A stretch of 64,000 nucleotides of DNA from an uncultured delta proteobacterium (GTDB lineage: Bacteria; Desulfobacterota; Syntrophorhabdia; Syntrophorhabdales; WCHB1-27): contig CAWEPK010000010.1 of the NCBI GenBank assembly GCA_963810935.1, positions 297,208 to 361,207 of the forward strand, in the 5' to 3' direction. A program made the translations under genes and the position numbers. Of this stretch, positions 19,490 through 29,284 are shown one piece after another (positions within the stretch are counted from its first letter, which is position 1; each line of letters opens with the position of its first letter). Under the pieces are notes generated by a model, which saw only the letters and a program-made list of their open reading frames with translations, did not search any database and was not told the origin of the DNA.

Positions 19490-20290
19490 ATGAACATTTC
19501 GAGAAGGGACCTTTTGGGAAGCATGGGAGGGCTCGTCCTGGGCCTCGGCCTGGGAGGGCTAGGCACGGGCATCACAAACGGCATAGCAGCCGAGGCGCAG
19601 CCGCAGGCCGCCGAGCTGCCGTGGCCCTATAAGAAGCTCGACCCCGACTCTGCTGCGGAGAGGGCCTACGAGGGATACTACAAGGGCGCCTGCTGCTTCG
19701 GCGGCTTCGACGGCATCGTGGGTGAGCTGCGCAAGGAGGTGGGCGCGCCGTACACGACCTTTCCTTCGTCCTTGATGGCCTTCGGCGAAGGCGGCGTGGC
19801 CGGCATGTCAACCCTCTGCGGGGCGCTGAACGGGGCGGCCATGGCCATATTCCTGACCGCGGGCGGCATGGACAAGGAGAAGAAGGACAGGGCCTTCAAG
19901 CTCATAAGAGAGCTGTACACGTGGTACGAGCAGGAGCCCCTGCCCGACTACAAGCCGAAGAACCCGAAGTTCCAGATCGTCGCTTCAGTCTCCCGCTCGC
20001 CTCTGTGTCACGTCTCGGTCACGAACTGGTGCAAGGTGTCGAAGTTCAAGTCCTTCTCTAAGGAGCGCGCGGAGCGTTGCGCCTGGATATCGGCTTCCGT
20101 CGCCCACCGTGCGGTCCTGCTGCTCAATGATAACCTGGCAGGCTCGTTCAAGACCGCCCACGGCTTGACCGCCCAGACGCAGACTTGCCGTAGCTGCCAT
20201 GACCAGGGAGGAATGCTGGAAAACTCGCGGGGAATGATGGATTGCGGAGGATGCCACTTTACTCCCAAAACGAAGCATCCTAAGATATAG
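19490..20290 (+). CDS. Split-Soret cytochrome c-like / C-GCAxxG-C-C family protein with Tat signal
   Basis: SRRDLL Tat motif, LPWPYKKLDP, GACCFG, TLCGALNG, SPLCHVSVTNWC, ERC, plus C-terminal CRSCH and CGGCH. Confidence 0.8.
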   Translation: MNISRRDLLGSMGGLVLGLGLGGLGTGITNGIAAEAQPQAAELPWPYKKLDPDSAAERAYEGYYKGACCFGGFDGIVGELRKEVGAPYTTFPSSLMAFGEGGVAGMSTLCGALNGAAMAIFLTAGGMDKEKKDRAFKLIRELYTWYEQEPLPDYKPKNPKFQIVASVSRSPLCHVSVTNWCKVSKFKSFSKERAERCAWISASVAHRAVLLLNDNLAGSFKTAHGLTAQTQTCRSCHDQGGMLENSRGMMDCGGCHFTPKTKHPKI

Positions 20291-20352
20291 TAACCCTTTG
20301 AAGCGGGGCGAGTCGTCAGGCACGCCCCAATCCTGTTCGTAGGAGAGGTGTT

Positions 20353-21765
20353 ATGGCGGATAATAAGAAACCCGTAGCGCAGCAGGGAGCAAAGCCAGGC
20401 GCCGGCGAGGCGCAGCCTCCTTCCATGGGATGGAAGGAGCTTTACTTAAAGGAAGACTGGTGGGCGATCTACCTTGGGCTCGGCATTGTGGTGGTTGCGC
20501 TCATCGCTTTCCTGAGCGGCAGTACTGTCGTTAAGGCGCTGTCCGTCAACCCGGGCGGTCTGAAATGGTCGTCCCTCGACCAGCTCGGAACCCATTTCAG
20601 CAATAACATCCAACTTTACGTCCTGCAATTGATCTGCTGGCTCATCATCCTTGGAATACCGGCGAGAATAATGGGCATAAAGGGGTCCAGCTTTGTCCCG
20701 TCCTTCATAATCCTCTATATACTCTCGGTCATCATGTTCGCCATCGGCGGATGGGTGGACGCTGGCAAATACAACATGGAGCCGCCCCTCCTCGCGCTGA
20801 TTCTCGGCCTTCTGATAGCCAATATTGTACCCCTTCCACAGTGGATCAATGCGGGCTTCCGGGTCGAGTATTACGTGAAGACAGGCATCGTCCTTTTGGG
20901 AGCGACGTTCCCTCTCACGCTCGTCTTCTCCGCCGGGCCGGTGGCCCTCTTTCAGGCGACGGTCATTTCTCTTATCACCTGCCTGGTGATATACTTCGCC
21001 GCCACTAAGCTGCTGGGCCTTGATAAAAAACTTGGCGCGCTCCTCGGCGTCGGCGGCGCGGTCTGCGGTGTCTCCGCATCCATCGCAATCGCGGCGTCGG
21101 TAAGGGCAAAGAAGGAACACCTATACATGACGGTGACCCTCGTCGTTATCTGGGCGCTCGTCATGGTTTTCTTCATCCCCTTTATGTCCAAGGTCTTCAA
21201 CCTTAACGCCGGACAGGCGGGCGCATGGGTGGGGACCTCGGAGTTCGCCGACGCGGCAGGCTTCGCGGCAGCATCCGCTTATGGCCGGATGTCGGGCAAT
21301 GAGAACGCAGCCCTCCAGGCGTTTACCCTTATGAAAGTTATCGGCAGGGACATCTGGATAGGTATCTGGTCCTTTATCTTCGCCCTGATAGCCTGCCTCA
21401 AGTGGGAGAAAGAAGAATGCGGCGTAAGGCCGAGCGCAATGGAGATATGGTGGAGGTTCCCCAAGTTTGTCATCGGTTTCTTCGTTGCCTCCTTAATAAT
21501 GACGGCGGTGACTGCCGGGTACGCGGCACCCGTGTTCAATAAGGTCGTCAAACCTGGGTTGATCGGACCTATCGCGTCACTGAGAGGCTGGACCTTCATA
21601 TTCTGCTTTATGAGCATAGGACTGACGACCAGGTTCAGGGAGCTGAAGGGAGCCGGTGTGAAGCCCTTCGGTGCGTTCACCCTAGGCGTGATCATCAACG
21701 TGGTGCTAGGCTTCCTTCTCTCGGTATACGTTTTCGGCGATTATTGGACGAAGCTCGTTAAGTGA
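20353..21765 (+). CDS. YeiH / putative sulfate exporter (PSE) family membrane protein
   Basis: KEDWWAI, EYYVKTGIVLLGA, GGAVCGVSASIA, AGAWVGTSE, MKVIGRDIWIG, FPKFVIGF. Confidence 0.85.
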   Translation: MADNKKPVAQQGAKPGAGEAQPPSMGWKELYLKEDWWAIYLGLGIVVVALIAFLSGSTVVKALSVNPGGLKWSSLDQLGTHFSNNIQLYVLQLICWLIILGIPARIMGIKGSSFVPSFIILYILSVIMFAIGGWVDAGKYNMEPPLLALILGLLIANIVPLPQWINAGFRVEYYVKTGIVLLGATFPLTLVFSAGPVALFQATVISLITCLVIYFAATKLLGLDKKLGALLGVGGAVCGVSASIAIAASVRAKKEHLYMTVTLVVIWALVMVFFIPFMSKVFNLNAGQAGAWVGTSEFADAAGFAAASAYGRMSGNENAALQAFTLMKVIGRDIWIGIWSFIFALIACLKWEKEECGVRPSAMEIWWRFPKFVIGFFVASLIMTAVTAGYAAPVFNKVVKPGLIGPIASLRGWTFIFCFMSIGLTTRFRELKGAGVKPFGAFTLGVIINVVLGFLLSVYVFGDYWTKLVK

Positions 21766-22022
21766 GAACTATAAGGCAGCGGATTGATAATCCGACACCG
21801 GCCGGCGAGAAGTGCGACCCGGCCGGCCGGTGCGCGGGCTGCGCGCACTTCGAGGCGGACCCGGCCATGGTTGAGTCCGCGTTGCCGGGGATGACGGTTC
21901 TCGCATCGGCCTACTCGTCGGTAAGCGCCGGTGTGGGGCTGTGTATGCTCCACGACCTCGTTGTCTCCCCGTGGAAGGGGTGCGGGGACTTCGAGGAGCG
22001 GGGCGGCGGCAGTCCGGCATAG
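21762..22022 (+). CDS. Small Cys-rich hypothetical protein
   Basis: GTGA overlap with the exporter stop; CAGCAHF...GLCMLHD...GCGDF. Confidence 0.65.
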   Translation: MRTIRQRIDNPTPAGEKCDPAGRCAGCAHFEADPAMVESALPGMTVLASAYSSVSAGVGLCMLHDLVVSPWKGCGDFEERGGGSPA

Positions 22023-22047
22023 CGTACAACGTGGAAGGAGGGGTCTC

Positions 22048-23094
22048 GTGGAAGACGAGATAAGCAGGAGAGATTTTCTCAAGACGACCGTCGGCGCTGG
22101 GGCGGTATTGATGGCAGGAGGTGTCATGGGAGGGGCAAAGACGGCTTACGGCGCAGTAAAAATGGCGGAGCTCGACAAGCTGAACATCACGATCATAACC
22201 GACAACTATTACGACGCCCTCAGGCCCGACGCGCCAATAACGAAGAGGTTCCGCACGCAGCCCGGCAAGTGGATGCACGCAGAGCACGGCCTCTCGTATT
22301 TTATCGAGACGGCGGGCGGCGGCAAGACCGGCGTTTTCATGTTCGACTACGGCCTCGATGCGCAGGGCGTGAAAAGGAACATGGACGTGCTCGGCCTCGA
22401 TGCAGGCAGGGCGGAAGGCTTCGGCCTGTCGCACGGCCATTTCGACCACTGGGGCGGCTTCACTCAGATGCTCGCCTTGAATAAAGACAGGATAAAGAAG
22501 GGGGCGCCGCTCTACCTGGGCGAGGGCGCGTTCGACCAAAGATATTCGTTGGTGCCGGGCACCAGCCAGAGACTCGATATCGGCCGCTTGAGCAAGGCCG
22601 ACATAGAGGCAACGGGCCTGGTTCGGGTCGTTGAGGTCAAAGCCCCCACGGAGGTTATGCCGGGCGGTTATTTTTCGGGCCACGTCGAGCAGGTGACCGA
22701 GTACGAGAAAGTGCCGCCTGTCCTTCTTGTCGAGCAGAACGGCGCAATCGGCGTCGATTCCTTCCCCGGCGAGCAGGCAATGGCGTTCAACGTCAAAGGA
22801 AAGGGCCTGGTAATCGTTTCGAGCTGCGCCCACAGGGGCATCGTGAATACGGTGAAGCACATCCGGAAGATGTCGGGGGTCGAGAAGGTCCACGCGGTAG
22901 TCGGCGGCTTCCACCTGGTAAACGCTAAGCCGGAAGTCATAGAAAGGACCGTAGCCGACATGAAGGCTATAAACCCGGCGTATCTCGTCCCGGCCCATTG
23001 CACGGGCTTCGAGGCGACGATTGCCTTTGCGAAGGCCATGCCCGACAGCTTCATACTCAACACGGCGGGCACGAAATATACGTTTTCGGCATAA
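22048..23094 (+). CDS. Tat-exported metallo-beta-lactamase-fold hydrolase
   Basis: GTG start with GGAGG RBS, SRRDFLK Tat motif, AEHGLS, SHGHFDHWGG, SCAHRG, GGFHL, PAHCTG. Confidence 0.85.
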   Translation: MEDEISRRDFLKTTVGAGAVLMAGGVMGGAKTAYGAVKMAELDKLNITIITDNYYDALRPDAPITKRFRTQPGKWMHAEHGLSYFIETAGGGKTGVFMFDYGLDAQGVKRNMDVLGLDAGRAEGFGLSHGHFDHWGGFTQMLALNKDRIKKGAPLYLGEGAFDQRYSLVPGTSQRLDIGRLSKADIEATGLVRVVEVKAPTEVMPGGYFSGHVEQVTEYEKVPPVLLVEQNGAIGVDSFPGEQAMAFNVKGKGLVIVSSCAHRGIVNTVKHIRKMSGVEKVHAVVGGFHLVNAKPEVIERTVADMKAINPAYLVPAHCTGFEATIAFAKAMPDSFILNTAGTKYTFSA

Positions 23095-23210
23095 TCGTTT
23101 TTGCGTTCCCGAAGGGGTGCGGATTGCATGCCCTTTCCGGGCAATCGTTATAGTGTTTATGTAAGCAATCGCGGTTCGGCCGGCTGTCCTGCATGGACGA
23201 AAACGTTTGC

Positions 23211-23248
23211 TTGACAAACAATGCGCATATAGTTAGTATACTAATTAT
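23211..23248 (+). promoter_or_regulatory. sigma70 promoter with MarR-type operator 1
   Basis: TTGACA (23211), 17 nt, TAGTAT (23234), overlapped by the palindrome TTAGTATACTAA. Confidence 0.7.
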
Positions 23249-23260
23249 TAGGAGATTGGC

Positions 23261-23692
23261 ATGTCACGTCTCGATCCATATGAAAGCCTGGGTTTCCACT
23301 GCGGCCTGACGTTCAAGGCGTTCATCTCATCCGTAGAGCGCGGCCTGAAAGGCACAGGCGTGAGCCCGGCCCAGTTCCTTGCGCTTGCGCACCTGATGGC
23401 CCTCGGCCCGCTGTCGCAGACAGAGCTAGTCGAGCGTCTTTCCATAACAAAGGCAACGGGTGTGCGTCTCGTCGATCGCATGGAGCGCGACGGCTGGGTA
23501 GTGCGGCAACCGGACCCGGCTGACGGGCGCATAAAGCGTGTGGTTGCTACACAGAAGGCGGTAGAAGTCTGGGGCGAGGTATCCAAGACGGGCCGCGAGG
23601 TACTGGAGAGGGCTTACCGGGGCGTCCATCCCGCCGAGATAGAGACGGTCAAGCGTGTGCTGGGACGGGTTCGGAAGAACCTGGGCGCGTGA
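23261..23692 (+). CDS. MarR-family transcriptional regulator
   Basis: SPAQFLAL, LSQTELVERLSITKATGVRLVDRMERDGWV, DPADGR. Confidence 0.92.
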   Translation: MSRLDPYESLGFHCGLTFKAFISSVERGLKGTGVSPAQFLALAHLMALGPLSQTELVERLSITKATGVRLVDRMERDGWVVRQPDPADGRIKRVVATQKAVEVWGEVSKTGREVLERAYRGVHPAEIETVKRVLGRVRKNLGA

Positions 23693-23708
23693 TTTTTTTA
23701 TCACGATA

Positions 23709-23722
23709 GTTAGTATACTAAC
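23709..23722. promoter_or_regulatory. MarR-type operator 2
   Basis: Perfect palindrome GTTAGTATACTAAC between marR and chrA; same core as at 23233-23244. Confidence 0.7.
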
Positions 23723-23743
23723 GGCATATCGGGGAGGCGACTC

Positions 23744-24919
23744 ATGGAAGATCAACCATCTCCGGGCAGCCTGTTCGTGAGGTTTTTGAAATTGGGCTGC
23801 ACGGCTTACGGCGGGCCGGCCATGATCGGGCAGATCAGGCAAACGGCCGTCTCAGCGCACGGCTGGCTGAAAGATGAGGAATTTTTACGCGGGCTCGCGT
23901 TCGTGCAGGCGATACCCGGGGGCACCGTCCCCCAGATGGTGGCTTACGTTGGGTATCGTGTGGGCGGTTTTGCCGGCGCCTTAGCTGCCGCCCTGGGGTA
24001 CCTTATCCCTCCTTTCGCGGCGCTGGTGGTCCTCTCAACTGTATACTTCAGGGCCGGATCGCTCTGGCTGAGAGAGCCTCTCTTCAAGGGCCTTTCGGCA
24101 ATCGCGGTCGCCATCGTGCTCAATGCGTGCCTGACCCTCGGAAAGCCTATACTCCGTGACTGGCAGGCCGTCCTCATCGCCGTTCTCTCTTTGGTCGGAT
24201 TCTTTCTCAGGCTGAACGTCCTGGCGATCCTTGCGTTCGCCGCCCTCGCCGCTCTTTTTCTCTATAGAAAGGGTGAGGATACCGGAAGCCCGCGCAGCGG
24301 CGGGGATGCGCCGCAACTGCGCAAAAAAGATTATTGTCTTCTCGGACTCCTTGCAGCATCGATCTCCGGTCTTTTCGCGGCCGCCTATCTCATAGACCCG
24401 CCGCTTGCCCGCCTGAGCCTCCGGCTCGTCAAGATCGGCGCCCTGATGTTCGGCGGCGGCTACACCGTTATTCCCCTTATCCAGTACGAGGTTGTCGACG
24501 AGTTTCACTGGATCGCCACAAAGGAGTTCCTTGACGGTATCGCCCTCGGCCAGTTGACCCCAGGTCCCATGATGATCACCGCCTTCATCGGCAACCATCA
24601 TTCCGGGCTGCTCGGCGCAACATTGGCTACAGTGGCGCTCATGTCCCCGTCCTTTTTCATGCTGATGCTTTTCCTGCCGTACCACGACCGGCTGAAGGGG
24701 ATAAAGGCAGTGGCGAAGCTGGAACGCGGCATACTCGCCTCTTTCGTCGGCATGCTCGGGCTCGTCCTCTACGGTTTCGAAAGGACGGCTTTCACCGACG
24801 TTTTCACCGTTCTGCTCGCTGCGGGCGCTTTTTTCGCTCTCGTGAAGAAGGTCGGCCTCCCGTGGATCGTGCTGGTTGGGGGCGGCCTGTCCCTCCTTAT
24901 CTTCGGGCATACCGTATAA
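23744..24919 (+). CDS. chrA: Chromate ion transporter (CHR/ChrA family, long form)
   Basis: FLKLGCTAYGGPA, QAIPGG, KIGALMFGGGY, GQLTPGP; two homologous halves. Confidence 0.88.
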   Translation: MEDQPSPGSLFVRFLKLGCTAYGGPAMIGQIRQTAVSAHGWLKDEEFLRGLAFVQAIPGGTVPQMVAYVGYRVGGFAGALAAALGYLIPPFAALVVLSTVYFRAGSLWLREPLFKGLSAIAVAIVLNACLTLGKPILRDWQAVLIAVLSLVGFFLRLNVLAILAFAALAALFLYRKGEDTGSPRSGGDAPQLRKKDYCLLGLLAASISGLFAAAYLIDPPLARLSLRLVKIGALMFGGGYTVIPLIQYEVVDEFHWIATKEFLDGIALGQLTPGPMMITAFIGNHHSGLLGATLATVALMSPSFFMLMLFLPYHDRLKGIKAVAKLERGILASFVGMLGLVLYGFERTAFTDVFTVLLAAGAFFALVKKVGLPWIVLVGGGLSLLIFGHTV

Positions 24920-24961
24920 CACCGCATTTGGAGCGCCTTCTCTGCCGCCACGGCTATCTTG

Positions 24962-24982
24962 ACGTTAATTCGTTATTAACGT
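24962..24982. promoter_or_regulatory. Palindromic site ACGTTAAT-N5-ATTAACGT upstream of the sigma54 activator
   Basis: Perfect 8-bp arms; contains GTTAA-N7-TTAAC as at 8613-8629. Confidence 0.6.
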
Positions 24983-25024
24983 AAGTTATTAACACCAGTT
25001 CAGCGTTAACAAAACGGAGGGGCG

Positions 25025-26395
25025 ATGAAGGCCGATATTCCCGAATATTGGAAGACCGTCGTCGATACGATGATGGACGGAGTGATCGTCGTCGACGGGG
25101 AGGGCACGATAGTATCGATAAACAAGGCCCTGGAAAGGATAACGGGATATTCGGCAGCCGAGCTCGTAGGCCAGGATTGCCTGATACTCGATTGCGATAC
25201 GTGCTTTTCCGAGAACCGGAAAGGAAAACGGGAGAGGCAGTGCCCCCTTCTGTGGAACGGGTCGGTCGTAAGGCATCGCTGCAGCATCAGGCGGAAAGAC
25301 GGTTCGCTTCTTTACACGCTGAAAAACGGGGCCTTGCTGAGGGACGCCGGCGGGGACGTAGTCGGAGGGGTCGAGACGCTCACCGACATCACGGACCTCG
25401 TGGCGAAGGAGCAGACAATAAAAGAGTGAAGGTACCTCCTGTCGCCGGGCGACGGGTTTGCGGGGATAATCGGCCAAAGCTCCGTAATGCTCGATGTCTT
25501 CGAGCTGATACGCAACGCGGCCGCTTCCGATGCGCCCATAATCATTTACGGGGAGAGCGGGACCGGAAAAGAGCTGGTGGCAAACGCCGTTCACGCATCA
25601 GGCGGCAGGAATAGCGGGCCCTTCATCAAGGTGAGTTGCGCAGCGCTCAACCAATCATTGCTTGAGAGCGAGTTATTCGGCCACGTGAAGGGCGCTTTCA
25701 CCGGCGCCGACAGGGACCGAAAAGGAAGGTTCGAATCGGCCAATAAGGGCGACCTCTTTCTGGACGAGATCGGCGATATCCCGCTTTCCACGCAGGTCAA
25801 GCTCCTGAGGGTGCTCCAGGAGAAAGAGATCGAGCGGGTCGGAGACCAGAAACCGATAGCCATCGACGCGCGTGTGATAGCCGCCACGCATCGCGACATA
25901 GAGCGCATGTGCCGGGACGGCGCCTTCCGGGACGACCTCTACTACCGGCTTAGCGTTATACCCATCCGCGTGCCGCCTTTGCGCGAGCGCCGGGACGATA
26001 TACCCCTTCTGGTCGATCACTTCATCAAGACGATAAGGCTGAGAAGCGAAAAAGACGTCTACGGGGTGAGCGAGGAGGCGATGGAGCGGCTGATGGCCTA
26101 CGCATGGCCGGGCAACGTGCGGGAGCTGATAAACGTGCTGGAATATGCCTTTGTGGTCTGCCGGGACACCGCCATATCGACGCAGCACCTTCCCGCACTG
26201 GCCGGAAAGGAAGCCAATCGCCGCGACACGGCCGTTACGGAAGACGGCCGGAGGGAACAGCTCATTAAAGCGATGGAAGAGGCGGGAGGCAACAGGCAGA
26301 AGGCTGCGGACATCCTCGGGATAAGCCGCGTCACCCTCTGGAAGCTCCTCAAAAAATACGGCGTCAAACCGGAGATGAAATTTACCACCCCCTGA
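25025..26395 (+). CDS. sigma54-dependent activator (PAS-AAA+-Fis HTH), interrupted by an in-frame TGA at 25427
   Basis: The PAS ORF and the AAA ORF are in the same frame (offset 462). GESGTGKE, GAFTGA, FLDEIG, WPGNVREL, GNRQKAADILGISRVTLW. Confidence 0.9.
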
Positions 26396-26466
26396 CGTCT
26401 GGACGCCCCGGTAGGCATGGACCGATTGGCGTGTCTGTCCTTTTCGCCGGCCTGCGCTTCTTTGCG

Positions 26467-27893
26467 CTACTTCACCTTTACCCTTATCTTCGCTATGATT
26501 TTCTTTTTCAGGTCCGCCGCAACAAGGGTGATGCGCTCGTTAGGCGGGACCGTCGCGATGATCTCAGCGAAGCTGTCCAGTCCGGAAATCATCTGGCCGT
26601 TGACGTCGACGATTATGTCCCCCACCTCCATCCCTGCCTTCGCAAGCGGACCTTGCGGATCGATTTTAGCAACGACGACCCCCTGTTGCGGCCTGACTCC
26701 ACTTGCCCCGCCTCCTGAGGCGTCATCGGCCTGAATTCAGCTCCCAATCGCTCGCGGGCCGACACCTCCATGATCTTATCGGCTTCAGCCATACTCGCGA
26801 CTCTGGCAGTCAGCTCCTGTTTCTTGCCCTCCCTGAGCACCGTGATTTTGACGTCGGTGCCTACCGGGGTCATGGCGACTGCGTTCTGGAGGGCGACGGG
26901 GTCCGCGATTTCTTTGCCCTGGTAGGCCGTTATCAGGTCGCCTTTCCGGATGCCGGCCCTGTCCGCAGGGCTGTCCTTCGTTATTTCTACGACGAAGGCG
27001 CCTTTGACCCCCGCAAGTCCCAGTGATTTGGCTTTTTCGGGCGTCAGGCGACCGATTGTCACTCCCAGCCACGCCCGCTCGACCTTACCATATGCGATGA
27101 GGGTCTTCCCTATGTGAAGGGCAATATTGCTGGGAACGGCGAAACCCAGGCCCTCGGAGCCGCCCGATTCGCTCGCTATCGCAGTATTGACCCCGATAAC
27201 CTCACCCTTGAGGTTGAGGAGCGGACCGCCGCTGTTGCCCGGGTTCAGGGCCGCATCCGTCTGGATGAAATCCTGGTAGCTCATCGGGTCGAGGAGGCCG
27301 GTCCTGTGCTGGGCGCTTATGATGCCTTGCGTGACCGTCTCGTTGAGTCCTCTCGGCTGGCCTATCGCCACTACCCACTGGCCGACCGCCAGCTTGTCGG
27401 AATCTCCGAAAACAACGGGGGTAAGGGGTTCTTTCGTTTCGATGCGGATGACGGCCAGGTCCGTTTTCTCGTCGCTTCCCACCAGCTTCGCCTCATAAGT
27501 GCTTCCGTCGTAAAGCCGTACTTCGATCTTTGTCGCTCCGCTCGCGACGTGGCTGTTCGTAAGGATGTGGCCGGCCGTATCCATTATTATGCCGGAGCCT
27601 ATCCCGCGCAACTCCCCTCGGTGTCTCCCCGGCGTCCTCGGCCCGAACCGGCGGGCGGACGGCTCCTTTTCGGACGGGATCAATTGGCTCTTCATCTCGG
27701 CACGCTCCGTCACCTCTATGTGGACGACCCCCGGGATGTTCTTTTTGGCTACGTCCTCTATGGCCGTAGTGACATCGACCGATGCGGCGCCTGCCGTCGT
27801 GCAATAAAGGCCGCCGGGGGCAATGCACGAGAAGAGAAGAAGGAAAAACAAAGCCGCTCGAAGAGCGATGGCTGAAAGAGACAGTCCCGACAT
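26467..27893 (-). CDS. HtrA/DegP-family serine endoprotease with PDZ domains, frameshifted near 26707
   Basis: TNSHV, DLAV, GNSGGPL triad. The second PDZ (GVVVAKIDPQGPLA..GDII) is restored by adding one G; stop at 26467. Confidence 0.88.
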
Positions 27894-28128
27894 GATATCC
27901 TCCCTTTGCTTTCGATTACCGGTTATCAGCTTATGTTCGCAGGACCCGAACTGTCGTTCATTTTTGCACGTACCCTTTCCCGAAATATATACATGAGCGA
28001 GGCGAGCTTCAATCATTGGGGCTTAGCGCCCCCTCCACGGCAAAGCTCGACCCTCCCCTCCTTACGTCGGGCACCTCCTGGTGACCCTTTCCTTATTATT
28101 TCGGGCAGGTGCCCCGGCTTACGGCCGC

Positions 28129-29160
28129 TTAAGGCAATAATGGAAGGGAAACTTTGAAGGTCGCTCCCCTTTCGGAAGGCTGCAAGACCGCCACTTCCCC
28201 GCCGTGGGCCTCGACGATCTTGACGACGATAGCGAGACCCAGCCCTGTGCCGTGCCGCTTGGTTGTAAAGAACGGGGCGAAGATCTGTTTCGTCTGCTCC
28301 GGCGGTATCCCGGCCCCCCGGTCCGTCACTTCGAAGAACACCTTGTCTCCCCTGGCAGCGGTGCGTACCAGCACAGGCTCGCCCTCCGGCGACGCGTCGA
28401 TGGCATTGCTCACAAGGTTGAGGAAAACGCGCTCCATCCCTGCACAATCTAAGGCAGCAGGCGGCAGGGCCGGGGCAAGCTCCAGCCGGACTTCAACCCG
28501 CTTCGCCTTTGCCTTGTGTCCCAGCATCTCTACGCTTTCCCGCACTAGGCGGTTCATGTCTTCTTTAGTCGATCTGATCTCCGGGGGCCTCGAAAAATCG
28601 AGCATCTCCTTGACCATCTCCTCAAGCCTTCGCGTGCCCTGAATGATGAATTCCAGCTTCTTCAGGCTGTCATCGTCGATCCCCGGTTTCTCCTGCAGGA
28701 GGCGCGCAAAGCCGCCCATCGCCGTGAGGGGGTTGGCTATATCGTGCGCTATGCCGGACAGCGCCCTACCCATGGCCGCAAGGCTCTCAGCTTCGTGCAG
28801 TTCCTTCTCTCTGGCCGTCTCCCGGTCGGACATATAGCCTAGGATCGCCCCGACCGCGTTGTACACCACTATTTCGATCACCCTGTTGAAGTCGACTGGG
28901 GACATATGATGGCCCCAGGCCAGGACGATAAAAGGAATGTAAAGGGCGGTAACGCCCAGGGAGGTTTGCAGGGCTCCCTTGAGTCCGAACCAGAGGCCGG
29001 CAAGTATCAGGGGCAGGAAGTATATCTCGCGGAAAAGGGTGCTGTAATAGACGTACTCGGGATAATCCTGATATTGAAAGAAGGTGTAATAACAGGAAAA
29101 CGTGATGACCGCGACCAGCGCTAATATGAGGATGACCCGTCTTCTTACGCCGTTTTCCAT
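28129..29160 (-). CDS. Membrane-bound sensor histidine kinase
   Basis: N-terminal TM helices, IAHDIANPL, NLVSNA, DRGAGI, FFTTK, GTGLGL. Confidence 0.9.
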   Translation of the reverse strand: MENGVRRRVILILALVAVITFSCYYTFFQYQDYPEYVYYSTLFREIYFLPLILAGLWFGLKGALQTSLGVTALYIPFIVLAWGHHMSPVDFNRVIEIVVYNAVGAILGYMSDRETAREKELHEAESLAAMGRALSGIAHDIANPLTAMGGFARLLQEKPGIDDDSLKKLEFIIQGTRRLEEMVKEMLDFSRPPEIRSTKEDMNRLVRESVEMLGHKAKAKRVEVRLELAPALPPAALDCAGMERVFLNLVSNAIDASPEGEPVLVRTAARGDKVFFEVTDRGAGIPPEQTKQIFAPFFTTKRHGTGLGLAIVVKIVEAHGGEVAVLQPSERGATFKVSLPLLP

Positions 29161-29284
29161 GCTGTCTCACGATCTTTGGGGCCCGACGCGACTAAGATAA
29201 CATGCTGCCCGGCCGTATAGCTGTCAATTGCAACAGGAGTACCTAGATTATGTCCGTGAATCTCATCTCCATGGAAAAGGCGCC

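Noticed and set aside
25427..25429. Selenocysteine at the in-frame TGA of the sigma54 activator
   Set aside because: It falls in a coiled-coil linker where Leu fits (E-L-R), not at a Cys-type site, and I saw no convincing SECIS stem at the expected distance.
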